Source: a virus. From it: a stretch of DNA of 64,000 nt. Location of the stretch: the IMG/VR virus record IMGVR_UViG_3300005613_000004; one strand, 5' to 3'. Each line of letters begins with the position of its first letter. The stretch's first letter is position 1. Of this stretch, positions 47,629 through 56,274 are shown piece after piece. The translations under genes and the position numbers were made by a program. The notes below the pieces were generated by a model. That model was not told the origin of the DNA and ran no database searches. It saw nothing but the letters and a program-made list of their open reading frames with translations.

Positions 47629-49761
47629 ATGAGTGTAAACCACGAAATTAAGTCGCAACTTGCAAAACTTCTTGCCACTGAAGACCTTGTAGTGGAGCAC
47701 AAACGAGTTGAGACTGCTTGTTTTAATGTTCATAGTCGTGTTCTAACTCTTCCGATGTGGGAAGGTGCTACGATTGAAATTTACGATATGCTGGTAGCAC
47801 ATGAGGTGGGTCATGCACTTTATACTCCAGATCGTGATTGGATTAAAGAATACAAAATCTCTCCACAGTTTGTGAATGTTGTGGAAGATGTTCGTATTGA
47901 GAAATTGATGAAGCGTCGTTATGCTGGCATCTGTAAGACTTTTTATCATGGTTATAGTGATTTATTTGATGAGGATTTCTTTGGGATTGAGTCTCAAGAT
48001 GTGAGCAAAATGAATCTTGCCGACCGGGTAAATCTTCACTTTAAGATTGGTAACTTTGTTGATATTCCTTTTGATGAGTATATTGAGATGCCAATTGTTC
48101 GTATGATTGAGGGTTGTGAGGATTTTGATGATGTTCTGATTGCTGCACAAGTACTTTATAAGTATTGTCAGGAGCAGATGGATACTGAAACCAAGACTGA
48201 TATGGATTCTATGGAATTTGGAAGTCAAGGTTCTACAGAGAAAAATATTGATCAAGAAGGATCTGGAGAATCTGAAAATACTAAAGAAAATGCAGATCAA
48301 GAAAATGCAGAGCAAGAAAATGTAGAACAAGATGATGCCGATTTGAATACTCCAAATTATCAACAGGGTGGTGAAACTAATCAAGATCCTCAAGTGAATA
48401 CCATGAATTCGCTTGAAGAATCTATCAAAGATCTTGTGAATATGGAAGGTATTGAAAATGTTTATCTTGAAATTCCCAAATTAGATATTGAAAAAATTAT
48501 TGTTGCCAACTCCACAATTCATGATTCTTGTCATGAACTTTGGGATAATTATCATGACATGTCTGTATTTGAGCAAGTTGATCTTGAATTTTTGAAGTTT
48601 AAGAAATCTGCACAAAAAGAAGTTAATTATCTTGTCAAAGAATTTGAGTGTAAAAAGTCTGCTGATAGTTATGCTCGTGCTAATACTTCCAAGACTGGAG
48701 TTCTTGATTGTGCCAAACTTCATACCTACAAATATAACGAAGATCTTTTCAAAAAAGTGACTACTCTTGCTGATGGCAAGAATCATGGTCTGATGTTTAT
48801 TCTTGATTGGTCTGGTTCTATGGGTGAAGTTATGTTAGATACCGTGAAGCAACTTTTTAATCTGGTTTGGTTCTGCAAAAAAGTTGGTATTCCTTTCGAT
48901 GTTTATGCCTTTACTAATGAATATCCTATTGTATCTAAAGATGAAAATGATAAACCAGTTCTCCGAGAACCTTCATATCAAAAGAAAGATGGGTTGATGC
49001 AAGTTGGTGAATGGTTTTCACTGATGAATGTCCTGACTCATAAAACTAACTCTAAAACTTTAGATCAACAGATAAAGCATATTTTTCGTCTTGCTTGGTA
49101 TTTTGGACGTTATTCGATATATCAAATTCCTATTGGCATGGGTCTTTCTGGTACTCCTTTGAATGAGTCGATGGTTGCACTTCATCAAATTATCCCTCAA
49201 TTTAAAAAAGAAAATAAACTTCAAAAAGTACAGTGTGTTGTGTTGACTGATGGTGAAGGATGTTCATTAAAATATCATCGTGAAATTCGCAGAAACTGGG
49301 AAACTGAACCTTTCTTGGGAACTGCTTCTATTGGGAAACATTGTTTTTTGAGAGATCGTAAGATTGGTAGTACTTATAACTTGGGTGATAATTGGTCTGA
49401 TATGACTTATATTCTTCTTAAAAATCTTAAAGATAAATTTGTAGATACAAACTTTATTGGTATTCGTGTACTTCAATCTCGTGATGCTGGATCTTTTATT
49501 ACTCAAAATGTTGGATGGGATAATTTTGAGTTGCGTGAAAAAATTAAAATGCAATTTAAGAAAGAGAAAGCATTTGCACTTAAGACAACTGGATATCATA
49601 CTTATTTTGGACTTTCTGCAAGTGCCCTTGCGAATGAATCTCAGTTTGATGTAGATGAAGATGCATCAAAGGCACAAATTAAAAAATCTTTTATGAAAAG
49701 TCTTCAAAATAAAAAAATGAATAAAAAGATTTTGAATGAGTTTGTAGACCTTATTATCTGA
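47629..49761 (+). CDS. Metallopeptidase-like + vWA protein (CobT-like partner of the MoxR ATPase)
   Basis: HEVGH (HEXXH), acidic linker and MIDAS motifs DWSGS / GTPL / LTDG. Likely start MSVNHEIK at 47629. Confidence 0.85.
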   Translation: MSVNHEIKSQLAKLLATEDLVVEHKRVETACFNVHSRVLTLPMWEGATIEIYDMLVAHEVGHALYTPDRDWIKEYKISPQFVNVVEDVRIEKLMKRRYAGICKTFYHGYSDLFDEDFFGIESQDVSKMNLADRVNLHFKIGNFVDIPFDEYIEMPIVRMIEGCEDFDDVLIAAQVLYKYCQEQMDTETKTDMDSMEFGSQGSTEKNIDQEGSGESENTKENADQENAEQENVEQDDADLNTPNYQQGGETNQDPQVNTMNSLEESIKDLVNMEGIENVYLEIPKLDIEKIIVANSTIHDSCHELWDNYHDMSVFEQVDLEFLKFKKSAQKEVNYLVKEFECKKSADSYARANTSKTGVLDCAKLHTYKYNEDLFKKVTTLADGKNHGLMFILDWSGSMGEVMLDTVKQLFNLVWFCKKVGIPFDVYAFTNEYPIVSKDENDKPVLREPSYQKKDGLMQVGEWFSLMNVLTHKTNSKTLDQQIKHIFRLAWYFGRYSIYQIPIGMGLSGTPLNESMVALHQIIPQFKKENKLQKVQCVVLTDGEGCSLKYHREIRRNWETEPFLGTASIGKHCFLRDRKIGSTYNLGDNWSDMTYILLKNLKDKFVDTNFIGIRVLQSRDAGSFITQNVGWDNFELREKIKMQFKKEKAFALKTTGYHTYFGLSASALANESQFDVDEDASKAQIKKSFMKSLQNKKMNKKILNEFVDLII

Positions 49762-49767
49762 TAAATA
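49760..49767 (+). promoter_or_regulatory. Late-promoter-like GATAAATA
   Basis: Overlaps the stop of the vWA gene, upstream of 49791. Confidence 0.55.
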
Positions 49768-49790
49768 TTTTTATATTACAGGTAATAAAA

Positions 49791-50087
49791 ATGTCCAGAT
49801 TTGGAGACTTAATACGGGGTACATCAAAAAAATCTACCGAAGATACTACTTCAAAACCTTCAGTGTCGGAAGTTGTAGAATCTCCTATTATTGATGAAGA
49901 TGCTACAAATCATGAATATGCTGTTGAAGAAGATGTTGAAACTTTCCCATGTGAAAGTGACGTATCACTTCATGATATGACAAAGAATGAACTTGAGGAG
50001 TACGGTCGAACTGTCGGTATTGAGTTGGATAAAAGAAGATCCAAGAAAAGGTTGATTGAGGATTTGGAAAACTACTTGTGCCAGTGA
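49791..50087 (+). CDS. Hypothetical protein (98 aa) with C-terminal Rho-N/HeH-like helical motif
   Basis: LHDMTKNELEEYGRTVGIELDKRRSKKRLIEDL pattern. Confidence 0.7.
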   Translation: MSRFGDLIRGTSKKSTEDTTSKPSVSEVVESPIIDEDATNHEYAVEEDVETFPCESDVSLHDMTKNELEEYGRTVGIELDKRRSKKRLIEDLENYLCQ

Positions 50088-50100
50088 GTAAACTGTCTAT

Positions 50101-50135
50101 AGAGGGTCGCAAGACCCTCTTTTTTGCATTATAAT
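50101..50135 (+). terminator. Terminator fused to a -10 box
   Basis: AGAGGGTC-GCAA-GACCCTCT-TTTTT, then TATAAT at 50130-50135. Confidence 0.8.
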
Positions 50136-50165
50136 AACTTCAGTTGAAACAAACAAAGCAACATC

Positions 50166-51284
50166 ATGTCTCTTTCTGCTGACTACATTCGTACCTCTCT
50201 TCAAGAACTTTTTGGTGAATCTGTAACAGCATCTGATATTCGTGGATGGTGTGCCATGAATGGATCTAACTATCAGACTATCACTAACAAACTTTCTGAT
50301 TATAAAGTTGGTCGTGGTAAATGGAATCTTGAAGTGACCCAAGAAAAAGTGGAACAAATTGAACGTACATATCAAGCACCTGCCGCACTTCCTTCAATCG
50401 AACAAAATCTTATTCCTGATAAAGATGATACCTTCGTCAAGTTTGGTAATTTTCTCGATCTTAAAAAGATCATTCAGTCCCGTCTATTCTATCCGACGTT
50501 CATTACAGGACTTTCTGGTAATGGCAAAACGTTCAGTGTTGAGCAGTCGTGTGCTCAACTCGGACGAGAATTGATCCGAGTAAATATCACTATTGAAACT
50601 GATGAAGATGATCTTATTGGTGGTTTTCGTCTTGTAGATGGGGCAACAGTTTGGCATAATGGACCTGTCGTTGAAGCACTCCAGAGAGGAGCTATTTTGT
50701 TACTTGATGAAATTGACCTTGCTTCAAACAAAATCCTCTGTCTTCAGTCCATCCTTGAAGGTAAGGGTGTATTTTTGAAAAAGATTGGCAAGTATGTCAA
50801 ACCCACAGAAGGGTTCAATATTATTGCTACTGCAAACACTAAAGGTAAAGGTAGTGATGATGGTCGATTTATTGGAACTAACGTGCTCAATGAAGCATTT
50901 CTCGAACGTTTTCCTGTAACTTTTGAGCAACAATATCCCACTCCAGCAACAGAGCAAAAGATTCTTGAAGGTATTGCTCTGAATTTGGGTGTAGAAGATC
51001 GTGACTTCTGTAAGCGTCTTGTGGATTGGGGTGACATCATTCGTAAGACCTTCTATGATGGAGGTATTGATGAGATTATCAGCACTCGTCGTTTGGTTCA
51101 CATCATTCGTGCCTATTCCATCTTTGGTGATAAAGCAAAGGCAATTCAAGTTTGTGTAAATCGTTTTGATGATGAAACCAAGCAGGCATTTCTTGAACTC
51201 TATGATAAAGTTGATGCCGATTTTCAGATGCCTTCTGAAGATCAGCAGACTAAAGAATATCTTGACTCTATCAGCTTCTCCTGA
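50166..51284 (+). CDS. cobS: MoxR-family AAA+ ATPase (cyanophage 'CobS-like')
   Basis: GLSGNGKT, LLLDEID, IATANTKGKG and NEAFLERF; extra N-terminal domain of about 70 aa. Confidence 0.9.
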   Translation: MSLSADYIRTSLQELFGESVTASDIRGWCAMNGSNYQTITNKLSDYKVGRGKWNLEVTQEKVEQIERTYQAPAALPSIEQNLIPDKDDTFVKFGNFLDLKKIIQSRLFYPTFITGLSGNGKTFSVEQSCAQLGRELIRVNITIETDEDDLIGGFRLVDGATVWHNGPVVEALQRGAILLLDEIDLASNKILCLQSILEGKGVFLKKIGKYVKPTEGFNIIATANTKGKGSDDGRFIGTNVLNEAFLERFPVTFEQQYPTPATEQKILEGIALNLGVEDRDFCKRLVDWGDIIRKTFYDGGIDEIISTRRLVHIIRAYSIFGDKAKAIQVCVNRFDDETKQAFLELYDKVDADFQMPSEDQQTKEYLDSISFS

Positions 51285-51290
51285 TATAAT
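51262..51290 (+). promoter_or_regulatory. Early sigma70-type promoter
   Basis: TTGACT-N17-TATAAT. Confidence 0.8.
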
Positions 51291-51295
51291 AAAAT

Positions 51296-51790
51296 ATGAC
51301 TAATTCTTGGTCCATGCTTTACGATGAAATTTTAAAAATGAACGAAACTATTGATGATGGTATGCGTCCTTGGGGGCACAGTGATCATGAATTTTTGATT
51401 GCCAATCCAAATATGAATAATATTATTATGGATGATATTAATATGAATAATATTAGTACGGATAGTATTATTATGGATAATATTATTCCAAATTCTCCTG
51501 CAAATCCTTGGAAATATAATGAAGAAGAAATTTTGAAAGAACTTCTTGAGTATATTCGAGGAACATATAGTCAACATTATTCTGCTGGTGATGATAAAAT
51601 TCAAACTTTAGATTTGATTGAAGCATGTGGTGATGGGGAGGCATTTTGTCGATCTAATATCCTTAAATATGCTTCTCGGTATGATAAAAAAGGTAGTGCT
51701 CGTATGGACATTATGAAAGTTCTACATTATGCTGTACTTTTGATGCATTTTAATGATAAGAATGCAAAACGTGAAACTTACAACCAATGA
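51296..51790 (+). CDS. Conserved hypothetical protein, DUF3310-like C-terminal domain (164 aa)
   Basis: KYNEEEIL...HYS...IQTLDLI...FCRSNILKYASRYDKKG..DIMKVLHYA. Confidence 0.75.
   Translation: MTNSWSMLYDEILKMNETIDDGMRPWGHSDHEFLIANPNMNNIIMDDINMNNISTDSIIMDNIIPNSPANPWKYNEEEILKELLEYIRGTYSQHYSAGDDKIQTLDLIEACGDGEAFCRSNILKYASRYDKKGSARMDIMKVLHYAVLLMHFNDKNAKRETYNQ
51413..51487 (+). repeat. Degenerate tandem repeat, 30-nt period (ATGAATAATATTA...)
   Basis: Units start at 51413, 51443 and 51473; encodes MNNIIMDDINMNNISTDSIIMDNII. Confidence 0.75.
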
Positions 51791-52030
51791 CAATGAATCC
51801 ATCTCAAACTATAGTGTTGACATTCGATGAAATCAATGCTCTTCTTGGTTACATTGATCATGTAACAGAGTGTAATCCTGAAAAATGGTTTTCTGATGTT
51901 TCTGAAGAAGAAAATGAGTATTGGAAAAGAGATGCAACTCTTTCCGTATACAAAAAACTCCTCCAACGCAGTAACTATATTTACAGGAATCATGATTATG
52001 AAACTCTCTGAAAAAACTTACAACCAATGA
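51774..52030 (+). repeat. Perfect 17-nt direct repeat AAACTTACAACCAATGA (51774-51790, 52014-52030)
   Basis: Read directly. Confidence 0.9.
51787..52011 (+). CDS. Hypothetical protein (74 aa) between 17-nt direct repeats
   Basis: ATGA overlap with the upstream gene; no family recognised. Confidence 0.6.
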   Translation: MTMNPSQTIVLTFDEINALLGYIDHVTECNPEKWFSDVSEEENEYWKRDATLSVYKKLLQRSNYIYRNHDYETL

Positions 52031-52713
52031 AACTGAAAGAAAATACTATGAAACTATCTGATAACACTCTTGCTATTCTGAAAAACTTTGCTGGAATTAA
52101 CAATTCTATTTTTGTTAAGCAGGGTAACAAACTTCGTACTATTTCTGTTGCAAAGAATATTCTTGCCGAAGCAGAAATCAAAGAAGAGTTTCCTCGTGAC
52201 TTTGCCATTTATGATCTGAATCAGTTTTTGAACGGTCTCAGCTTGCATCACGATCCTGATCTTGATTTTCGTGAAGAATCTTATCTGAGTATCAAAGAGG
52301 GCAAACGTCGAGTAAAATATTTCTTTGCTGATCCTGCCGTGATTGTTGCTCCACCAGAAAAGGAGATTCAACTTCCAACTCAAGATGTTTGTTTTCAAAT
52401 GGACAGTGTAACTCTTGAAAAATTGGTGAAAGCAGCAGCAGTTTATCAACTTCCAGATCTTTCTGCAATTGGTGAAGCAGGAGTAATTAAATTAGTTGCT
52501 CGTGATAAGAAGAATGATACTTCTAATGAGTATGCTATCGTTGTGGGTGAAACTGATCAGGAATTTATTTTTAACTTTAAAGTAGAAAATATTAAGATTA
52601 TTCCGGGTGCTTATGACGTTGTTGTTTCGTCTAAACTTTTGTCTCAATTCACGAACAATCAGCATAATCTGAAGTATTATATTGCTTTAGAACCAGATTC
52701 TACCTTCGGATGA
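52027..52713 (+). CDS. gp45: Sliding clamp gp45 (start 52027 or 52048)
   Basis: MKLSDNTL.ILKNFAGINNSI, FAIYDLNQFL and YYIALEPDS. Confidence 0.95.
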   Translation: MKLKENTMKLSDNTLAILKNFAGINNSIFVKQGNKLRTISVAKNILAEAEIKEEFPRDFAIYDLNQFLNGLSLHHDPDLDFREESYLSIKEGKRRVKYFFADPAVIVAPPEKEIQLPTQDVCFQMDSVTLEKLVKAAAVYQLPDLSAIGEAGVIKLVARDKKNDTSNEYAIVVGETDQEFIFNFKVENIKIIPGAYDVVVSSKLLSQFTNNQHNLKYYIALEPDSTFG

Positions 52714-53045
52714 AACACATACTTTTTACCCTTAAAGGGTGTCCGTATGGACTATTAGATGATGAAGCACATATCCGCAATGTATTGGCAAATGCCTCTC
52801 AGTTGTCTGAAAGTACATTGTTGGATATTTCATCTCATAAGTTTGATCCTCATGGTGTAACTGCTATTGCACTTCTTGCAGAATCTCATATTTCAATTCA
52901 TACCTGGCCTGAGAATGGTATAGCAGTGTGTGATGTTTTTACTTGTGGTGATCATACAAATCCTGTATCTGGTGCTACCTACATGTATGAAGCAATGGGT
53001 GCTACTGATCATGTTTCGCAAACATTTACACGACCTTTAGAATAA
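52710..53045 (+). CDS. speD: S-adenosylmethionine decarboxylase proenzyme (class 1b SpeD/SpeH)
   Basis: HKFDPHGVT, LAESHISIHTWPE (pyruvoyl cleavage site E|SH) and DVFTCG. Confidence 0.9.
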   Translation: MKHILFTLKGCPYGLLDDEAHIRNVLANASQLSESTLLDISSHKFDPHGVTAIALLAESHISIHTWPENGIAVCDVFTCGDHTNPVSGATYMYEAMGATDHVSQTFTRPLE

Positions 53046-53051
53046 GTATTC

Positions 53052-54008
53052 ATGCATAATATTGACAACACACACTTTATCTGGTGTGAAAAATATAGAC
53101 CACGAAATATTGAAGAGTGTATTCTTCCAGATTCTACTAAAAAAACCTTTCAGGAGTTTCTAAAAAAACAGGAAATTCCTAATATGTTGCTTGCTGGTCC
53201 TCCGGGCATTGGTAAGACTACAGTAGCAAAAGCATTATGTAATGAACTTGGAGTGGATGTCTATGTCATTAACGGATCCGACGAAGGTAGATTCCTCGAT
53301 ACTGTCAGAAACAATGCGAAAAACTTTGCTTCGACCGTATCACTTACGGCAGATGCTAAACACAAAGTCATCATCATTGATGAGGCAGATAACACATCCA
53401 ATGATGTACAACTCCTCCTACGGGCGTTTATTGAGGAGTTTGCTGGTAACTGCCGATTCATCTTCACCTGCAACTACAAAAACAAAATCCTTGAGCCCTT
53501 ACATTCCCGATGTGCCGTCGTTGAGTTTGGAATTAAGGGAAAGGACCGTCAGACCATTGCCGCACAATTCTTCAAACGTCTCAGGCAAATCCTGGATACA
53601 GAAGGTGTTGAATATGATAACAAGGTCCTGGTAGAACTTATCAATAAGCACTTTCCTGATTGGAGGAGAGTTCTTAATGAGTGTCAACGATACTCTGTGA
53701 GTGGAAAAATTGATTCTGGTATTCTTGCTACTTTTTCTGATGTTGCCGTCAATGATCTCATTAAAAACCTTAAAGAAAAAAACTTTCCCGAAGTTCGGAA
53801 GTGGGTGGTGGCTAACATGGATAATGATACTACTGTACTTATGCGTCGTATTTACGATGCTCTTTATAATGTCCTTGAAAACAATAGTATTCCTGCTGCT
53901 GTTCTTGTGCTTGCTAAGTATCAGTATCAGGCAGCATTTGTAGCTGATCAGGAGATAAATATGATTGCCTGCCTAACCGAATTAATGGTGGAGTGCAAAT
54001 ACAAATGA
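53052..54008 (+). CDS. gp44: Clamp loader large subunit gp44
   Basis: WCEKYRP, GPPGIGKT, IIDEAD, LHSRC and FVADQEIN. Confidence 0.96.
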   Translation: MHNIDNTHFIWCEKYRPRNIEECILPDSTKKTFQEFLKKQEIPNMLLAGPPGIGKTTVAKALCNELGVDVYVINGSDEGRFLDTVRNNAKNFASTVSLTADAKHKVIIIDEADNTSNDVQLLLRAFIEEFAGNCRFIFTCNYKNKILEPLHSRCAVVEFGIKGKDRQTIAAQFFKRLRQILDTEGVEYDNKVLVELINKHFPDWRRVLNECQRYSVSGKIDSGILATFSDVAVNDLIKNLKEKNFPEVRKWVVANMDNDTTVLMRRIYDALYNVLENNSIPAAVLVLAKYQYQAAFVADQEINMIACLTELMVECKYK

Positions 54009-54706
54009 CTTACGACGCAGTTTTTGTATCTGATGTTCATTTGGGAACAAATAGATGTAACATTAAAAAATTTTTAAATTTTCTCGATAATTTAGATACT
54101 AAAAAAATAATATTTGTAGGTGATATTTTTGATATTTACTGTATTGAAAAATATCAAACAAAATGGGAAAGGGAACACACCAAAGCACTTCATAAAATTT
54201 TTAGTCTTGTAAGGAGTGGTGTTGAAGTCATTTATATTTTAGGTAATCATGAAGGAGAACTTCGTCGATATGCAAATTTCAAACATAAAAACTTTTTGAT
54301 GTGTAATGAATATACTTACACGACTAATATAGGAACAAAATATCTTTGTATTCATGGGGATGGTTGTTCGGAATTTTCTTCTGGTTCTTGGAAACAACTT
54401 TGTTTCAATAAGGGGTATGAAATTATTACACCATTGAGTGTGTGGTTAAATAAATTTTTTAAATTTTCTCTCATATATTTTTTAAAGAATACTATTAATG
54501 GGAAAAAATATATTGCACAATATGAAAGTGATATGGTAAAGCATTGTGTAGAAGTGGGGGAACATGATGGTATTATTTGTGGACATATTCATCATGCAAA
54601 TAAATTGCAGTTTGATGAAATAACTTATATGTGTTGTGGTGATTTTGTTGATACTTGTTCAGCAATTGTTGAAAAGAATGGGAAATTTGAACATATATTT
54701 TATTGA
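54005..54706 (+). CDS. Calcineurin-like metallophosphoesterase, PlcP/LpxH-like
   Basis: FVSDVHLG, VGDIFD, GNHE, IHGD, ICGHIHH and CGDFVD. ATG 54005 overlaps the gp44 stop. Confidence 0.85.
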   Translation: MTYDAVFVSDVHLGTNRCNIKKFLNFLDNLDTKKIIFVGDIFDIYCIEKYQTKWEREHTKALHKIFSLVRSGVEVIYILGNHEGELRRYANFKHKNFLMCNEYTYTTNIGTKYLCIHGDGCSEFSSGSWKQLCFNKGYEIITPLSVWLNKFFKFSLIYFLKNTINGKKYIAQYESDMVKHCVEVGEHDGIICGHIHHANKLQFDEITYMCCGDFVDTCSAIVEKNGKFEHIFY

Positions 54707-54897
54707 GTATGAAAAATAAAACAACTCCAGAAAATGTGCAAGAGGCAAATTTTGCACTTTTTCGTGCTACAATGAATTTACCTGCTGCCGCAAAACACTG
54801 CGGCATGACTCAGAAAGAAATGAAAATGACTTTCTGGGAATTTTTGAAATATCATCCATCTGATTATGAAAACGTTTCCTCTAAAAACCTGTCTTAG
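54703..54897 (+). CDS. Small hypothetical protein, possible HTH (64 aa)
   Basis: ALFRATMNLPAAAKHCGMTQKEMKMTFWEF; the start could be 54709. Confidence 0.7.
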   Translation: MSMKNKTTPENVQEANFALFRATMNLPAAAKHCGMTQKEMKMTFWEFLKYHPSDYENVSSKNLS

Positions 54898-55756
54898 ATA
54901 TCCTGGCGGAAAGTCTAAAGCAACAAAAACTTTATCTCCATGGTTTCCTGAAAACTTTAAAGAATATCGTGAACCATTTATTGGTGGTGGTTCTGTAGCA
55001 TTTTATGCTACTCAAGCATATCCTGATGTTCCTATTTGGATTAATGATAAATATGTAACACTATATAACTTCTGGATACAACTCAGAGATCGTGGTGAAG
55101 AACTCTCTGATTGTTTGAATGATATTAAATCTAAAGCATCTAACTATCAATCACAGGAAGATAAGGATGCGGCACATAGAGAATTGTTCGATAAAACACG
55201 GGATGAAATTAATTCTCAGGATGGACTTAATCGTGCGGTAAGTTTTTTCATTTTGAATAAGTGTAGTTTTTCTGGACTCACAGAAAATAGTACTTTTTCT
55301 AAAACTGCAGCACGTTCTAACTTTTCTTTTGTGGGTATTGAAAAACTGAAGCAATATTCAAAACTTGTTGAAAAGTGGAAGATTACAAATATTGATTACT
55401 CGGAGGTTATGAATGCTCCTGGTAAGGATGTATTTGTATTTCTTGATCCTCCATATGATATAAAAGACTTTCTCTATGGAAAAGATCGTGAGATGCATAA
55501 GTCATTTGATCATGACCGATTTGCAGAGGATGTGTATGAGTGTCCTCATAAGTTTATGATTACTTATAATGTGAATGATAGGTTGTTAGAACTCTACAAA
55601 GACTATCATCTTCGTGAATGGAAACTTCGTTATTCCATGGCACATCGTGGTGAAAAAGGAACTGATGAAAATGTGAAGACAGAACTTCTCATCACTAATT
55701 ATCCTACTGAGAGAGTGGAAAACTCTATCCTGAATCAAATTCTTTTTGACGTATAA
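54866..55756 (+). CDS. dam: DNA adenine methyltransferase (Dam/D12 class)
   Basis: LRYPGGKS, EPFIGGGS and FLDPPY. Confidence 0.9.
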   Translation: MKTFPLKTCLRYPGGKSKATKTLSPWFPENFKEYREPFIGGGSVAFYATQAYPDVPIWINDKYVTLYNFWIQLRDRGEELSDCLNDIKSKASNYQSQEDKDAAHRELFDKTRDEINSQDGLNRAVSFFILNKCSFSGLTENSTFSKTAARSNFSFVGIEKLKQYSKLVEKWKITNIDYSEVMNAPGKDVFVFLDPPYDIKDFLYGKDREMHKSFDHDRFAEDVYECPHKFMITYNVNDRLLELYKDYHLREWKLRYSMAHRGEKGTDENVKTELLITNYPTERVENSILNQILFDV

Positions 55757-56274
55757 TGAAATTTCAATATGATATGGATTCTATAAAAGTATTTGATAAC
55801 TTTTTTGAAGAATCTGTCAGAGATCAAATATTTAAATATCTACAGAGACCAAAATGGTCTTTGAGTGGTGGAATGAATGACAATAAATTCTGGCATATGG
55901 ATAATTTAGAAAAGGAAGAATATTTTTCTGTTTATTTGTATAATAAAATCTGTAATAATTTAAATGTTGCCAATCATAGTATTGAGAGGATATATGCAAA
56001 TGGGCAGACTGCTGGGCAGTGTGGAACACCTCATTTTGATGATGGTGATTATACTTTACTTTACTATCCAAACCCAGAATGGGACATTGAATGGCAAGGG
56101 CATTTGATATTTCTTGACATTGATTGTAATCCCGATAAAGTGGTTGCATATGAACCAAATAGAATGGTTTGTTTTCCTGCTAAAATTGCACATTATGCAG
56201 ATGCACCAAGTAGATTTTTTAGTGGTCTAAGAACCTCTTTAGCATATAAATTGATAATACCAAAAAATGACTGA
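55756..56274 (+). CDS. 2OG-Fe(II) oxygenase (prolyl-4-hydroxylase-like)
   Basis: HxD (PHFDD), W..EW.G.L.F, PNRMVCF, distal H (IAHYA) and R (LRTSLAY). Confidence 0.88.
   Translation: MKFQYDMDSIKVFDNFFEESVRDQIFKYLQRPKWSLSGGMNDNKFWHMDNLEKEEYFSVYLYNKICNNLNVANHSIERIYANGQTAGQCGTPHFDDGDYTLLYYPNPEWDIEWQGHLIFLDIDCNPDKVVAYEPNRMVCFPAKIAHYADAPSRFFSGLRTSLAYKLIIPKND

Noticed and set aside
47273-47702. Two ~100-aa minus-strand ORFs
   Set aside because: They overlap the endonuclease, the 48-aa ORF and its promoter; no recognisable features.
47962-48786. 143-aa and 101-aa minus-strand ORFs
   Set aside because: Fully antisense to the peptidase-vWA gene; low-information sequence.
50166-51284. Cobalamin biosynthesis function for 'cobS'
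   Set aside because: The name reflects MoxR-family similarity only; no cobN or other cob genes are in the window.
53242-53634. 130-aa alternative-frame + ORF inside gp44
   Set aside because: Local higher GC reduces stop codons; no SD or motif.
53960-54004. Pho box upstream of the PlcP-like gene
   Set aside because: No convincing tandem TTAACC-type repeat at 11-nt spacing; the region is gp44 coding sequence.
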